Below, one piece after another: positions 1 through 13,007 of a stretch of 64,000 nucleotides of DNA (positions are counted from its first letter, which is position 1; each line of letters begins with the position of its first letter). The notes under the pieces were generated by a model. The model was not told where the DNA came from, did not search any database, and saw only the letters and a program-made list of their open reading frames with translations. Location: contig OZ287084.1 of NCBI GenBank assembly GCA_965645245.1, forward strand, positions 620,001 to 684,000. The letters run 5' to 3'. Source of the DNA: Massalongia carnosa. Taxonomy: Eukaryota. The translations under genes were made by a program, and so were the position numbers.

Positions 1-3000
1 CAGTAAGATGCCACTGTGATTGAGAAGTATTTCTTAAGCTGCAAGGTAAACCTCATGACGCAAATCATTGTCTGCACTGCTCCTGTACGTCTCCTATCCT
101 TGGGCTACGGATAACTAAGAATTTTCTTGATGGCGCTTTGGACGCTAACATGAATCATGATGATCTCGCATTAAGCACAAGACACCTATCTCAACAATGG
201 ATAGGAACTCTGTATGGACGCTAACTTCTTGCATGTCAATTGAATCGTCCATCTGCTTGTCCTGCTAAGCTTGGGGTTGATCGAAGATCTGGCAGCTCTC
301 TCAGGATATTGCATGCTTGGCTTTCCTTTCCCCTGGCCATGTAAGACTCCATGCATCCCATACATGTTAACTAAACTACTTTGGTTTTCCCAACAACCAG
401 GTCTAGGCCTCGATCCTACTCTAGGTCTTTCGTTAAGACCAACCGACTAACTTTCGAGTTTGAACAGGTGCTGCAACAACACGATTTTTGAGTGATTTCC
501 CCGTTCATGGGTGATAGCTTTGAGTTTGGTATCTGCATTCAGTGATCTCTTTTGATCGACCTTGCATGAGGATGCATCTTACCCCTTTCTCCGCGCTTCT
601 CTTTTCCATCCCTTCGAAATCCTTCCTTGGCTTGTCTTTCCCCGCTCTCCTTCTTATATATGACATCTGCACATTTTGTTTGCACCAGCTCATTGCATAT
701 AGGAACCACTCCAATGTGAGGACTTAACTGCATCACTGCCTGAAAAGTTATCGCTTGCAATTATCAATGGTCAAAGCGCAAGCGTGCTCACTATCACAAG
801 TGCATTGTGAGAACTAGGTAAGTGACGAAACCGCATGGTTAACAGGTACTCTACATGACAAATCTCATTTCGGTAGTGCGTATCGGGTTGACCTGGAGGA
901 ACAACGCGTAAGAAGGATAGAGTTGAGCAAGATTAGAAATCGACAGGTCATGCAGAAAGGGTGGTTAGCCATTGGTCTTCTTCCTAGCTGATTCTCAAGG
1001 TGCGAAACAAGCAATCTTTGTCGAAACTGATATTAAAAATTGATTGCGGTGGACGAACCCTGGGCGATTGGTTTAGCCATTGGTGTTTATGGGCACGTTG
1101 CAGAGAAGGTAAGTCAGCTTCTCCATGGTGCCAATCTGAGTCTGCAGCTTCGTTCGTATACCCCCAGATAGAATAGACTATATTGAGCTCTTGGATCTAC
1201 CACGGTCTTCTCTTCTCGAGCTTTGGACAGCCTTACAGCTCAACAAAATGGTGACCGCCTTGATTTAAGAAAATCTCTGTCCAGAAGCGTCTGGATGGAG
1301 GCTGTAGAGAAGATGGACCCTGTCTCCAACCCCTTCCGCGATCTTGGTACGAGATTCTGCTTTTTCATATAGCGAGGGATTATGAAAAGAAAAAGCGCAC
1401 AAATGTTCATGCCAAAAAATTCTGCTTTTGCTTCATTAAGAGTACCAAACGGCAAACCTTACTACATTTCACTCTATCAAGGAGGTCTTCTTTTCATTCA
1501 ACTTTAACAAGCCCAACACCCATAACTACAAATTCTACAATATGCAACCGTAACAGAAAAAATCTTTAATGTCTGCGCCCTTTACCGGACCTTTTCACCA
1601 CTGCTTCTTCCTCAAGCCGCACAACGCAAAACCTCCCAAATTTCCTACGAAATAAGAAGTCCAGGCCCCCGTCCCTTTCCGCTTAAACAGAACACCAACT
1701 GGTCCCGTCACCGCCAATCCTTTTTGAATAATCTTTTGAAGCGTGAGACCTCATCCCACCCTTAACAACATCCCAAAAACTCCACACACGACTCGAGCAT
1801 CGACAAAACCTCTAATACAATCTCCTTAATTCAATCAATCCGCATTTCCTTTCCAAACACCGCAAGCGCTCTCTTCTCTCCGCATTCTAGCGCACCTTTC
1901 GATGAAGAATGAAATGATCCTCGCATATAACTGCCTAACACGCTCAATACTATTCTACCTAGTCCATGCATACTCTTATCATACACGACCCACTCCACCC
2001 CTCCAAAAACGCACAAACGCTTTCAACGACAACTCCGTCTTCCAGGAAAAGCTACCATAATAACACGGAAGAAAGGAACAGGAAATGAAAGAGGAATAAA
2101 CATACGCACAGGGCGGGAGACAGTCTTGGAAGAGTGGCTCAAACGGAGAGAAGAACAAACGGATGAACGAACGAGACCAGCGCTTTTATTTCCTTTGGTT
2201 CATTGCTTCCTATTCTGCTCTATTCAGTCCTACTACCTAAGATCTACTAGCTGCTACCTACTATTTACTACTTATTATCTATATTATTTACTACTCACTA
2301 TCAACCATCTATCACTGTCAATTATCACTCAGCGCTACTTATCACCATTATCAACTACCACCAGCTATCCACTACCTATCTACGTACTTACTACTAAATC
2401 GAATACTTCAATCATCGTAGTGATAAGGAGAGAAAGCGAATATGAGCTATAGCGGTGAGAGGAAAGAGGTAGATCGATAAGGATGACACATAGAAGGAGG
2501 AGGAGGGTTGAATGATCGAACGAATGCGAACTGATTGTTTAGATACGTAATGCTTACTCTATCCCCTCTATTTATTCTATTTCACTTATCTCACTTGTTT
2601 TATCTATCCGATCTATCCGGTCTAGAACAATATTTATCAGCCAGCATCTTTTTCTCTCATTTACTTCCTCTCTCCCTTCTCCCCTCTCCACTTTCTTCTC
2701 TTCCTTCCTCCTCTATCCGTTTCCCCAAATATTCCCCTCCCTTTTCCTTCCTTCCAATCTGCCTTACGATTCACCATTCGCTGCTTTACTCCTTTTTTTT
2801 ATGCTGTTTATCCTGTTCTCTCTCTCTCTCTCTCTCTCTCCCCACCTTTGGCCTATACGTATACTTGACTAATAAACAAGTACCCTTGTTATCATATCAT
2901 ACCATCCTACATAGCCGTGCCCATAAGCTTACTACGTGCTACATACTACTTATCATATCATATCGTACTCTACCTTTACCCAATTACTCACCTAAGCCAC

Positions 3001-3456
3001 CTTACCCCCCCCCCAAAACCCCAGGAACCCACTGATCGAGCTCTCCACTCTCCACCCCCACCCCCCCTCCCGGTGTTGGCAAATGGATGAATGAATAAAC
3101 AGCTTGATGTGATAGATATGTAGGATATGATATCTTGAGATTGAGCCGGGGATGGGAAGCGTTTGGTGTGAGCTGGGGGGGTGTTGTTATAGATGGAATG
3201 GAGGAGGTAGATCCAGGAAGGAGAAGGAAGTGAAGAGTAGCGCCCGCGGGCAATGACAGCGTCACAATATATATTAAATATATTTTTTTATTTATTGAAA
3301 AAAGCTTAACCACCATGCACTTCCTTCACTCTAAACTCCCGCACGAGCCTCTTAATTCCACGTCGACCGACCGACCAACCGACCGTGCTAAGGGTCTACA
3401 TACAAACATACAAACAAATGCAGCTCTACGAAAAAAAATGAAACCACAGCCAAACC

Positions 3457-4835
3457 CTACAGCTCGTCCCGATCTTTCGGTTCTGGCCTGGCCGCATCGG
3501 CCGCCAAGTCGACCCCCGCCTTCCGTCGCCATTTCTCCCACAGGGCCCAAAAGTCCTTCTCCATCGGACGCTGGAGTCGGTCCGGCAGCACGACCAAATA
3601 CTCGACCAGCAAATCACCATGCTCGCCGTGGCGATGGGCCTCATCGGCGAACACCGGCATGCCTTCGCCCTTAACGAGCTCGACCTGACCCGGCTGCACT
3701 ACGGCGCCGCGAGAGCGGGCCAGGCGCACCGCGTGTCCGTCCAGGTGCGTCAGGTTGCGGGTCCAGTCGCCCATCCAGGCTTCCCGTAAGCTGAGCACCT
3801 CCTTCCAGAACAGATCGTGGCCTTTGCGCCGGAAAAAGGTGCCGTCCGTGCGCTCGGCTTCGCTGGCGTCGACGCCGCCGAGCTCAGGTTCCTGCTCCGC
3901 TAGTACGACTACCAGGTCGCCGGCAACCCAGTCCGGGCTCTCGTCCGCCTCGTTCTCGTACACGATCTTGTGCCCACGCGGCACGCCTTTTTCTACGTGC
4001 AACGTGTGTGTCGCCACTTTGCGCACCACGCGCGAGCCATGGCATACCTTGCACGGGTGCTTAATCGTCTTGCCTTTGCCGCCACACTTATCGCAGCCGA
4101 CTTGCACCTGCTGAAAGATACCGGGGGCGAGCATGTGCTTCTGCACCACGACCCCTCGGCCCCCGCATTGCGAGCATGTGTCCACAGCACCGTCCGCGCT
4201 GCCGCTGCCTTCGCATTCCTCGCAAATGTGCTGCTTCTCTAAGCTGAACTCATGCTCCTGTCCGTTGTAGAAATCGCGCAGCGGTACGCTGACGCGCACC
4301 TCCATGTCTGGTCCCCGCCGCTGGCCACCGCCTTGCCCGAAGTGGCCCGAGCCGCCGAAGAAGCGCGAGAAGAGGTCAAACGGGTCGTGCGAGTGACCAC
4401 CGCCTGAGGAGCCTTGGCGATGCTGTGCTAGGCCTTCATGGCCGTACTGATCGTAGATACGCCGTGTTTCGGGGGTGGAAAGGGCGTCGTAGGCGTCGGC
4501 GATTTGAACGAATTTTTCATGAGCCGAGTCATTACCGCTGGGAGATGTTTTTAGAATGATGGTGATAGATAAGATTTTAGAGAATTCGGGTAAATGGAGT
4601 TTAGGTGGGAACAATGGATGGGAGCGAAATGAGAGAAAGAGGGCTGGATCTAAGAAGAGGGCAGGGGCACTTACGGATTTTTGTCAGGATGGTATTTCTT
4701 GCTTAATGTACGGTATGCTTTCTTTATATCCCGCTCCGAAGCAGACTTGTCAATATCGAGGAGCTTATAGTAGTCTTCGACACAGAGGATCCTGTGGACA
4801 AGGCAGAAGAAAAGGAGGGCATAGAGGTACAGCAT
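3457..4835 (-). CDS. SCJ1: ER-lumen type I DnaJ co-chaperone (Scj1-like), ~413 aa; exons 4835-4675, 4537-3457
   Basis: Exon 1 encodes a signal peptide ([18 protein letters not shown]) and the J-domain start EDYYKLL...[15 protein letters not shown]...CAG intron joins it in frame to a G/F-rich linker, four CxxCxGxG-type zinc motifs, the DnaJ C-terminal domain and a C-terminal RDEL ER-retention signal. Confidence 0.93.
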
Positions 4836-6191
4836 CTTGAATACGTTGCACGAGGGGAGAAGCGAAGCGAACCCTCGACGGGGTAGGCTTTAAAGGGAGG
4901 CTTTGTCTCGAATACAGGAGCATATAATACTAAATACATGGCCTGCAGAGGGAAGGTTGGGCCATGCTCGTTGTAGATTTCGGATGACTCGTACAGAGAG
5001 CAATCGCAAGGAATGGGGTTTCTGTTTTGAAAGTTGAAGCAACGGTGGCTCCTTCGCGGGCGGGAAATTCCGAAGTTCTGTGCCTATTATCTTATCTTAT
5101 CTTATCTTTCTGCGAACGCCAAGGTATTGGACACATGGAAAAACTCCCAATGCGAAATCAGATATCGCATAATAATACTTAGTTACAGCGTTTAAGTCAA
5201 GGCATACGCGAGTAAAAATATCTCAGCCTCTCACTGGAGCCAGATCTAAGAAACACTCCAGTTCTGCAGTCCCAACCTGAACATCCCACCACCAGCTGAA
5301 TGGCGTCGATGTTAACACTACCATCGATAAACGAAGCACCAAAATCCGAAAGCAAATTCGGGGCCTAGTAGTTGCCCGAATTCATTTATGATCATAATAG
5401 GTTCGATTTCTGTTAGCGCTGGTCTAGTGGTAGGGTGGTAGTTTTGTTTTCTCTAGTCACCGATTTGTCCCACCTGTGACCTGCGCGAAATTCTAGCGTA
5501 AGCAATCCTTTTCCTGGTTCAGCATCTCCGTGACCAGTCATCACACTATGTCAAAATATCAAATATCCTCAAAGCATCGTTGTGGACGCCTTGTTTGGCA
5601 GTGTTTGGCAGTGGCATTGGTCTTTTGCCACTGCTTTTTTTCTTGACGGTTCTAACGGGAATTTTACCTCGATTGCCAATCTCGATCTGCTGCTTTAATG
5701 ACTCGTTATTCTATTTCCATGTCAGATCACAGTTTATGGCTGAACGAGCTTGAGTTATTAAATTGAAAATTTTTTCGGGATCTTGCATCCCCTCGTAAGT
5801 TTTTTTCTTCCATCTAGGAAAGGCTAGTAGCCTCTTCCCCATTATCAACCCTAAGTTTCTTCTCTCCCCTCTCCTTAACGAAATAAAAGGAAAAGATAAA
5901 GATCAAAATCAAAACCAAAATCACCCCCCCCCCAAAAATATATAGACAGCTAGAGAAAATGCATATATGGGGATCGTGAGGTTTTTGGATTTCTTTTACT
6001 TTTCTCGGGAGAGAGAAGAAAAGGGAAGGGATAGGGGGGTTTTTTGCTTTCGTGCCTAGTTGAGGAAGAGCAATTAATGGAAAGGCAGGAAAGAACGGAT
6101 ACCCGAACGAATCAAGCAAGACGCATTATTGTACAATAGGACGCTGATAAGAAAATAATCACCTTTGGCAAAGCCTCCACCAATTAACAAA

Positions 6192-8555
6192 TCACAACTT
6201 CGCCCTCCTCCCCTCCGTAGCCCGATGCGCCTCCCTCCTCCCCTCCCCCTCGAAGTACTCCCTCACCTTTCGCCGTGCCACCTCGACTACGCTAGCATCC
6301 TCCACCGTGGCCGGAACTTGCACCTCTGCGGCGAACTCTCCGTGCACCGCATTCTCAAGCAGTTCCCGGAGCACACGGCGTAGGGTTTTGCCACTACGAG
6401 TTTTAGGGATCATGCCTCTTCCCTGGATGAGGCCGCCCAGGGCGGCGACGGGGCCGATCTGGGAACGGATGAGGGCTTGAATTTCGGGCTGGAGAGTGGT
6501 GAGGAAGGGGTTTGGGGCGGTGGAGGAAATAGTAATGAAGGCGAAGGGGAGGTGGCCTTTAAGGGCGTCGGGGATGCCGACGACGCAGCATTCAGCAACG
6601 GCAGGGTGCGAGAATATGACTTGTTCGATGGACCCTAGGGAGAGAGTGACTTTTGTTAGCGGCTTTCTACGATTCTACGTGCCGAGTTTGCTTTAACTGA
6701 CCGGTGCTAAACCGATGGGCTGCAACGTTGATGATGTCATCTGATCGCGACATGATGTGCACGTAACCATCCATATCGATCATTCCAGCATCGCCAGTGT
6801 CGATCCACTTGCCGTCAAAACGTTTCATGTAGCCTTTGTAAAATCTTTCCTCGTCATTAAATAGTGTGGTAAAGCCAGTAGGAGCAAGCGGTATGCCTAG
6901 AACAATGTTTCCCATCTTGCCGTTTTCCACTTCTTCGCCGTTATCATCGAGGATTCGGACGTCAAAGCCAGGCATTGGTTTGCCGGCTGATCCAGGTCGA
7001 ATGGGAAGCGGCTTACAGGACTCATCTCCTGCCAAAGCTTTCGATCCTACTGCTGCACTGAGAGCAATGCCAGAAATAGGAGAACCGGATTCGGATGACC
7101 ACCAATTGTCCACAACTTGCGCTCCTGGAGCACAATAACGTTCAAGTAGCTCCTGATACATGCAGATTATGCTTGGCTCGCTCCTTTCGCCTGCAACGAA
7201 CAGCCCGCGGAGATGTCGGAGGCCTTGACGCTGGCCAGCTGCAATGAAAAATCTGCTGTCTGGATCATCCCGTTTAATGGCTCTCAGGGCCGTTGGCGCA
7301 GTAAACAGGACGTTAACGGTATACTCCTCTAATATTCTCCAGAATGTTCCTGCATCTGGCGTGCCAACAGGCTTTCCTTCAAAAAGTACGGTTGTTGCTC
7401 CGACTAATAAGGGTGCGTACAGGATATAAGAGTGGCCTACCACCCATCCAATATCGGACGCGCAGAATATGACATCCCCTGGACCATGAACGCCAAAGAG
7501 ATACCTGATCGAAAGGTTCAGACCGACCGCGTGTCCGCCAGCTTCTCGTAGTACACCTTTGGGTAGACCTGTCGTGCCTGGCGTGAGAATTCTGTCAGCT
7601 GAAGAGCTCATCTAAAAGCGTTACAATCCGGCGGGTTATGGTCTGCATATGCCTCAACCCGAACAGTTATAGAAATGGAAAAGGCTTGTTGCACATAATG
7701 ATTCCATCTGCATCCTATCGATGTAACTCACCACTTGTATATATAATATATAACCCTTCGTTGCTCTTTACGGGGACTGAAGCAGCTTTAAGACCTCTTA
7801 TTTTAGCGCTCTTTATAAGCTGCTGCCAATCCCGTTCCCCAACCTCGTTGTTGATGGGATCCCATCTCGCTTGATCTCGCTGCCATACAACAATTTTCTC
7901 AGGTTTGAACGTACATTGCCCTAAGGCTTCATTTATGAATGGCTTATAGTCTGCGGGCCCCTTTGTACCTTGGATACCACAGGACGCTGTCATTACGACT
8001 TTGGGATTTGATGCGTCGATCCTTTGCGCCAGCGAAGCCGAAGCAAAACCCCCAAACACCACCGCATGAATTGCTCCAAGGCGTGAAACGGCGAGGATGG
8101 CGAAAAGAGCAGCAGGAATCATCGGCACTGCAGCCTGTCAGCCCCAACAAAGATGACAAAGCTCTTTCCTACACACTGTACACCAGAACAACATCGCCCT
8201 TCCTTACCCCTTCCTCTTGCAGTACTCCGGCCAGGGTTTCAACCTCGATAAGAAGTTGATTATAAGTATAGCTTTCCTTGCTCCCCGTGACTGGCGAGTC
8301 CCATATGATCGCTATTGCTCCGCCATTACCTTTCTCAACATGTCGGTCAACACAGTTATAAGCCGTTGAGATCTCTCCGTCCGGAAACCATGTAAAGCTT
8401 GAATGCTGAACACCGCTGTTCAGCTTCTTCTTGAACCGCTTCAACGTAGATGATGGCTTTTGGTGCCAATGCAATTGGGCTGCATGGTATGCCCAGAAAG
8501 CTTCTGGGTTACGGAGGGACTGCGACTGAACCTGATCCTGCGCATGAGGTGCCAT
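6192..8555 (-). CDS. pcsA: Propionyl-CoA synthetase / acetate-CoA ligase family AMP-binding enzyme, ~697 aa; exons 8555-8177, 8127-7732, 7577-6702, 6634-6192
   Basis: The spliced model gives WFPDGEISTAYNCVDRH, YIIYTSGTTGLPKG (AMP-binding loop), SDIGWVVGHSYILYAPL, DNWWSSESG, DTGD, RSDDIINVAAHR and PKTRSGK. Three GT-AG introns keep the frame. The protein ends in AKL. Confidence 0.9.
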
Positions 8556-8576
8556 CGATATCTCGTTTTACGCACA

Positions 8577-8614
8577 GTTTTGAGAAAAGACAATGGTTTT
8601 GAGAAAACACAATG
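8577..8614. repeat. 19-bp tandem duplication just upstream of the acyl-CoA ligase ATG
   Basis: gttttgagaaaagacaatg followed by gttttgagaaaacacaatg (one mismatch). Confidence 0.85.
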
Positions 8615-11600
8615 GTTTGCCATAACACTGGGTGTGCCTAGACATCTTGGCTGATCAGAGTCTGTACAATATGAAAGGGCTATTGTGTAAGGTAGACACC
8701 AGCTCAGCTTGAATCAACGAACAATCGATGAAAGCCTAGTCAGAAAATTGGAATCTAACAATTACGACGTCACTTCTATCGGCAAAAGCGAAATCTTTTG
8801 TGCAAGGGAAAAGGAGTCTTGTAACAGGGCACATACACATCCAACAGCCAACTGAAAACCTTCGCCGGATTCAGAAAACTCAAACTCAACATTTCAAATT
8901 TCCACCAACGCATAACATACCTTTATGCAAGACCTATTCTCGCGCTAAATTCTACTTTATGCATTTGACTCGAAGCATCGAACGTGTTTGGCTCCCATGC
9001 TTGATAATCATGAAGGTCGTGGTATACAAATCGATTACTGGGGGAATCGCTCGGAACAGTCGATGCATGAGTCGTGCTGATTGCATTTAAGCGAATCTCG
9101 GTTGATTTGATTGGGCACTAGGCGCCTTGATGTGGATGTGGATTTTAGGTTAAATTTCCTCGACTTACGCTTGCACCTTTTTGATACTTCGACTGCTGAC
9201 TGAGATGGTGAAAGCCTGAAAGGAGTCTGGACGAGGCTTTGCAATTGCGACACTCGGTACTCGGTACAGAGTATTGAGTATTCTTTCCTCCATACGGAAT
9301 AATACAAATACGATTCTTCTACTCTGTATGGAGTGCGGAGTACAGAGTACATAAAACTAAACATGAAAGAGCTTCCGTCTTTCGGCCCGTCATCCTATGA
9401 GCATGTGGTTATGTAAGTTCTTTAGAGGGGTAGCGCCCTGTACCAAACACATGATCGGGTTTCAATGCGAGCCGCCTCTTAGCTTGATCAACGTTCATAG
9501 TCCCAAGCGCATTAAAAATCTACCGCTCGGTATCTCATATCACGGAGCAGGCTGACACACGTTTTTCCTACATAAAAATAAACGGCATCGGAGAGGTATC
9601 TAGCTGCCAGGTGAGCCTTAGACAACCCCCCACGATCTGCACAAAGGCCCGTCAACGGGGAGGGCCGACGGGGTTACCGTTACGCTAGCCGACCAGGCCG
9701 CGACCGTTTGCTGCAACAATCCTCCGAGATGCCAGTCCGCGGTGGCTTGAAGACACCTTTCAGTTTTCATCGTCTCAGACTCGTTGGTCATCATGAGCCA
9801 TGTGGGACTGAAAGTAATGAACAAAAACGAATCCATGGAAACGGTCAAGATTCCACGCAGGTGTCTCCACCAAGTTGAGATGGCCAGTATCTACGCCGTG
9901 TTGGTTCTCAGATTCGTCCCTTGACCCCTTGACGCACGTCAATGGGATCTTAACGTGACGAGGGTTGCATAAGTGTTAGGTCTGCTGCATTTCAACGCTC
10001 GCTTCTCCAACCCGAAACAGAACCTACAGTCCGTACTCTGTACCGTCCACACTTTCTCGTAAACGACTCTTACGAAAGCGATTCATCTGCAAGGGATGGC
10101 TTAGAATTAGTGACCCATCTTCGGTTTTCAGGCCGTAATGAACTGATAACAATGCGTTATGGAATCGTCTAAAAAGGAAGCTGCTCATCCTTGCTGGCCA
10201 TGTGCAAATAAACAATCATGCACCATTGGGATCAGGTTGACAACGCGGCTTCCTGCTTTGCAATGGATGTCCGTGGGTATTTGCATGGTTTGTAGCAACT
10301 TCTAGGCACATTACTGGCAGCTCCAATTGCGCTTGATGACGAAGGAAACAAGGGCATGAGATGCTGGTTGGAGGTCTTCGCCGGGTGTTTCTGATGAACA
10401 TTGCCGAATCATATAGGCATTCTGAAGTCCCGCAACAATGAAACTTTTGACAAATAATGACCTGAGTCAAAATGAAGTCACGTGCTTATTATCTGGTGTG
10501 GAACACCTCAGTATAATCTCTTTCTGGACATGGGGGTTTCTTAACGATTATTCTATGAGGCTTTTTGCATCATTCAAGATTCTTCTGGATATACAGAGTA
10601 TAGTAGTCTAAGTCTCACATAGTCACATCCGTCCTTTTATCGTTTGACCCGCCGCTGTTGCTTTTGTATCTGAGACCGGAGGCCCAACCCTCACCAAAAG
10701 GCGTTGCCATGTTGCGACACGAGCGCAGGCAGGGCAGCGGCAGTAGATTAATTTGCCTCGAGGCTCCAAGCACGGAATCTTCGCTTTCCAGAGCCCTTAG
10801 GTAAGAAGGTAGGTAGGTTAGGGTTGGAGCATCGTGCGCTTGTGATGTAATAACACGTTACACATACTCTGTATCAGTATTCCGTGTATTCCGTAGAGGA
10901 GTAAGTTTTGTGGGCTGGACCCAGCACACTTTTTAGAGTGTAGGGCCCTATGCCTGACCGACATTAGTTTACTCTACACAGTGCACGCCGGCTGCATTTT
11001 AACGCCGTTTACAATTCCGGGGCTTTGTATCTGGGTGAACCGTGAACCCCGCCAAGATTAAAAATTTAAAAGATGATTCAGATAATTTGATACCAAATTC
11101 TAGATGATAATTCCACTAAACCCGTGAATGCTGTTATTTACACTGGTGTTAACCTTACCTTTCAAGCCGTATCAATACGCCGTTTCTAACACTTCTCGTC
11201 TCCCAATTACATCACACCTTCTCGTCCTCGATAAAGATAATCGCATCGAGACGGGAACAATTCATATAGCAGCCCGGTTACATGGTGTTGGTATATCTCC
11301 TCTCGATGCTACCGCCCTCCTCCACGTTCTCTCATGCTTCAGGAGCTATTTATTAGTTCACTCCCTTCTCCCTCTCCTCCTGCCTTACTCATCCCCGGAC
11401 TCGATCGATGATTTAGCACTTCGAAGAGCTCTTCTGGCATAGCTGACACGCCCCAAGCGTGAGCGGGCAGTACCATCTCCAGAGCTAGGACCATAATATA
11501 CCATCGACATACACGCGTGCGTTTATCAAATTGTAACGAACCAACCCAGCATATCTCTAGTCACCCTGCACCTATCTTCTTCCATCCACTAGTCCGAAGA

Positions 11601-12225
11601 GGAGAGTTCTCATAACAGATATACTTCCGTACTTTCCCACCGGCCTGCTCACCAGCACTCCGAGTATCTTCGTTCCATATTGTCTTTGGCTGTTGCTTTG
11701 TTGAGCTCGCCATTTTCTTCGGGCATTCAATCATCAAATCGACGGACTCCACCCTACTTGCAGTGAGTACGACGTCGTGGAACGAAGCAGATCTTCTCTT
11801 TTCGTAGCCTACTAATATTGGCAAACACACCTGCATCGCTTTGCCCTTCTCCGCATCCCGTTCTCAATCAAGTCACCTGCTCTGTGATTAGCTGCAGGCC
11901 TCCTCGCTGCATCTTATCATTCAACGGATTCATTGAATTCCAATCGTCCAGAAGGTCTACCCATTCATTCAGTGGGAAATCTCCAATACAACCTCGACCT
12001 CATCTGCTTTATAAATTTATCTTTGGGGTGGTTTCGTTTCAAAGGATTCAAGTTACATACTCCAATCCGCGGAATATAGATATATTGAAGACTCTGGTGC
12101 AACGGGGCTTTATACTATTGCTGTACGCTCTGAATAGGAGTTATACGGTGATACAACATACCTTGGTGCATCTTAACCTTACTACATTGCAAGCGGTCCC
12201 ATAAGGCATTCCTGAATTTTCCAAA

Positions 12226-13007
12226 ATGGCAGGCAAAATGACACTTTACAAGTTGGTAGTGCTGGGGGATGGAGGTGTGGGGAAGACGGCTTTGACTATC
12301 CAGGTAAGGTATGTAACCGAACTTGGACCAGTAATTGTGGCTTATATCCTCAGTTGTGCCTGAACCACTTTGTGGAAACTTACGACCCTACCATTGAAGA
12401 TTCCTATCGAAAACAAGTTGTTATCGACACCCAGTCATGCATGTTGGAAGTCTTAGATACTGCCGGTCAAGAAGAATACACCGCTTTGAGAGATCAATGG
12501 ATCCGAGAGGGAGAAGGCTTTGTCCTCGTGTATAGCATCACCTCTCGGTCTTCATTCAACCGAATACAGAAGTTCTATAGCTTAATTCAACGGGTTAAAG
12601 AATCTTCAAGTGCAACCTCCCCAACCAGTGTTGCTTACCTCGGATCACAGGTTTCCCCAACCATGGTTAATCACGGGCAAGTACCGGTAATGCTTGTGGG
12701 AAACAAAAGCGATCGAGTGTTGGAACGAGAGATTTCAACACAGGAAGGAAACGCGCTAGCAAAGGACATGGGTTGTGATTTTGTTGAAGCGTCGGCCAAG
12801 AACTGCATCAATGTGGAAAAGGCATTTTACGACGTGGTCCGATCATTAAGAAAGCAGCGGCAAGAACAAACACAACTAGTGAAGCGTGTCACCACTCACG
12901 GGGGAGGCATGGGCGCTGCCAGCATGATGGATTCAAGCGGTCGCAAACCACCCAGGGTCCGAGGCGAGCAAAAAGGACCACACCGGATAAAATGTGTCAT
13001 TCTGTGA
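12226..13007 (+). CDS. ras2: Ras2/RasB small GTPase, ~243 aa; exons 12226-12303, 12354-13007
   Basis: MAGKMTLYKLVVLGDGGVGKTALTIQ|LCLNHFVETYDPTIEDSY, DTAGQEEY, NKSD, EASAK and a C-terminal CAAX box (CVIL). One GTAAGG...CAG intron. Confidence 0.96.

Noticed and set aside
1240..2060. Protein-like fragments on the minus strand (e.g. FWDVVKGGM...ERDGGLDFLFRRK), possible pseudogene
   Set aside because: Many stops and no family I can recognise; cannot be supported without a search.
2126..3316. ORFs of 100-166 aa (similar ones at 14297-14826, 32151-32567, 33512-33869 and 46259-47094)
   Set aside because: They arise from CT/GA-rich low-complexity DNA and microsatellites, with biased composition and no domains.
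3755..4242. ORFs antisense to or overlapping SCJ1 (and equivalents over the HAD, PH, SHMT and stuA genes)
   Set aside because: Shadows of GC-rich real coding sequence.
5398..5432. GGTTCGATTTC and TGGTCTAGTGG resemble tRNA B and A boxes
   Set aside because: The boxes are in the wrong order and no cloverleaf can be formed.
11818..12204. 128-codon TTG-start ORF in frame with ras2, as a readthrough extension
   Set aside because: It ends in TAA 7 codons before the ATG, the peptide is not protein-like, and Ras2 already has its normal N-terminus.
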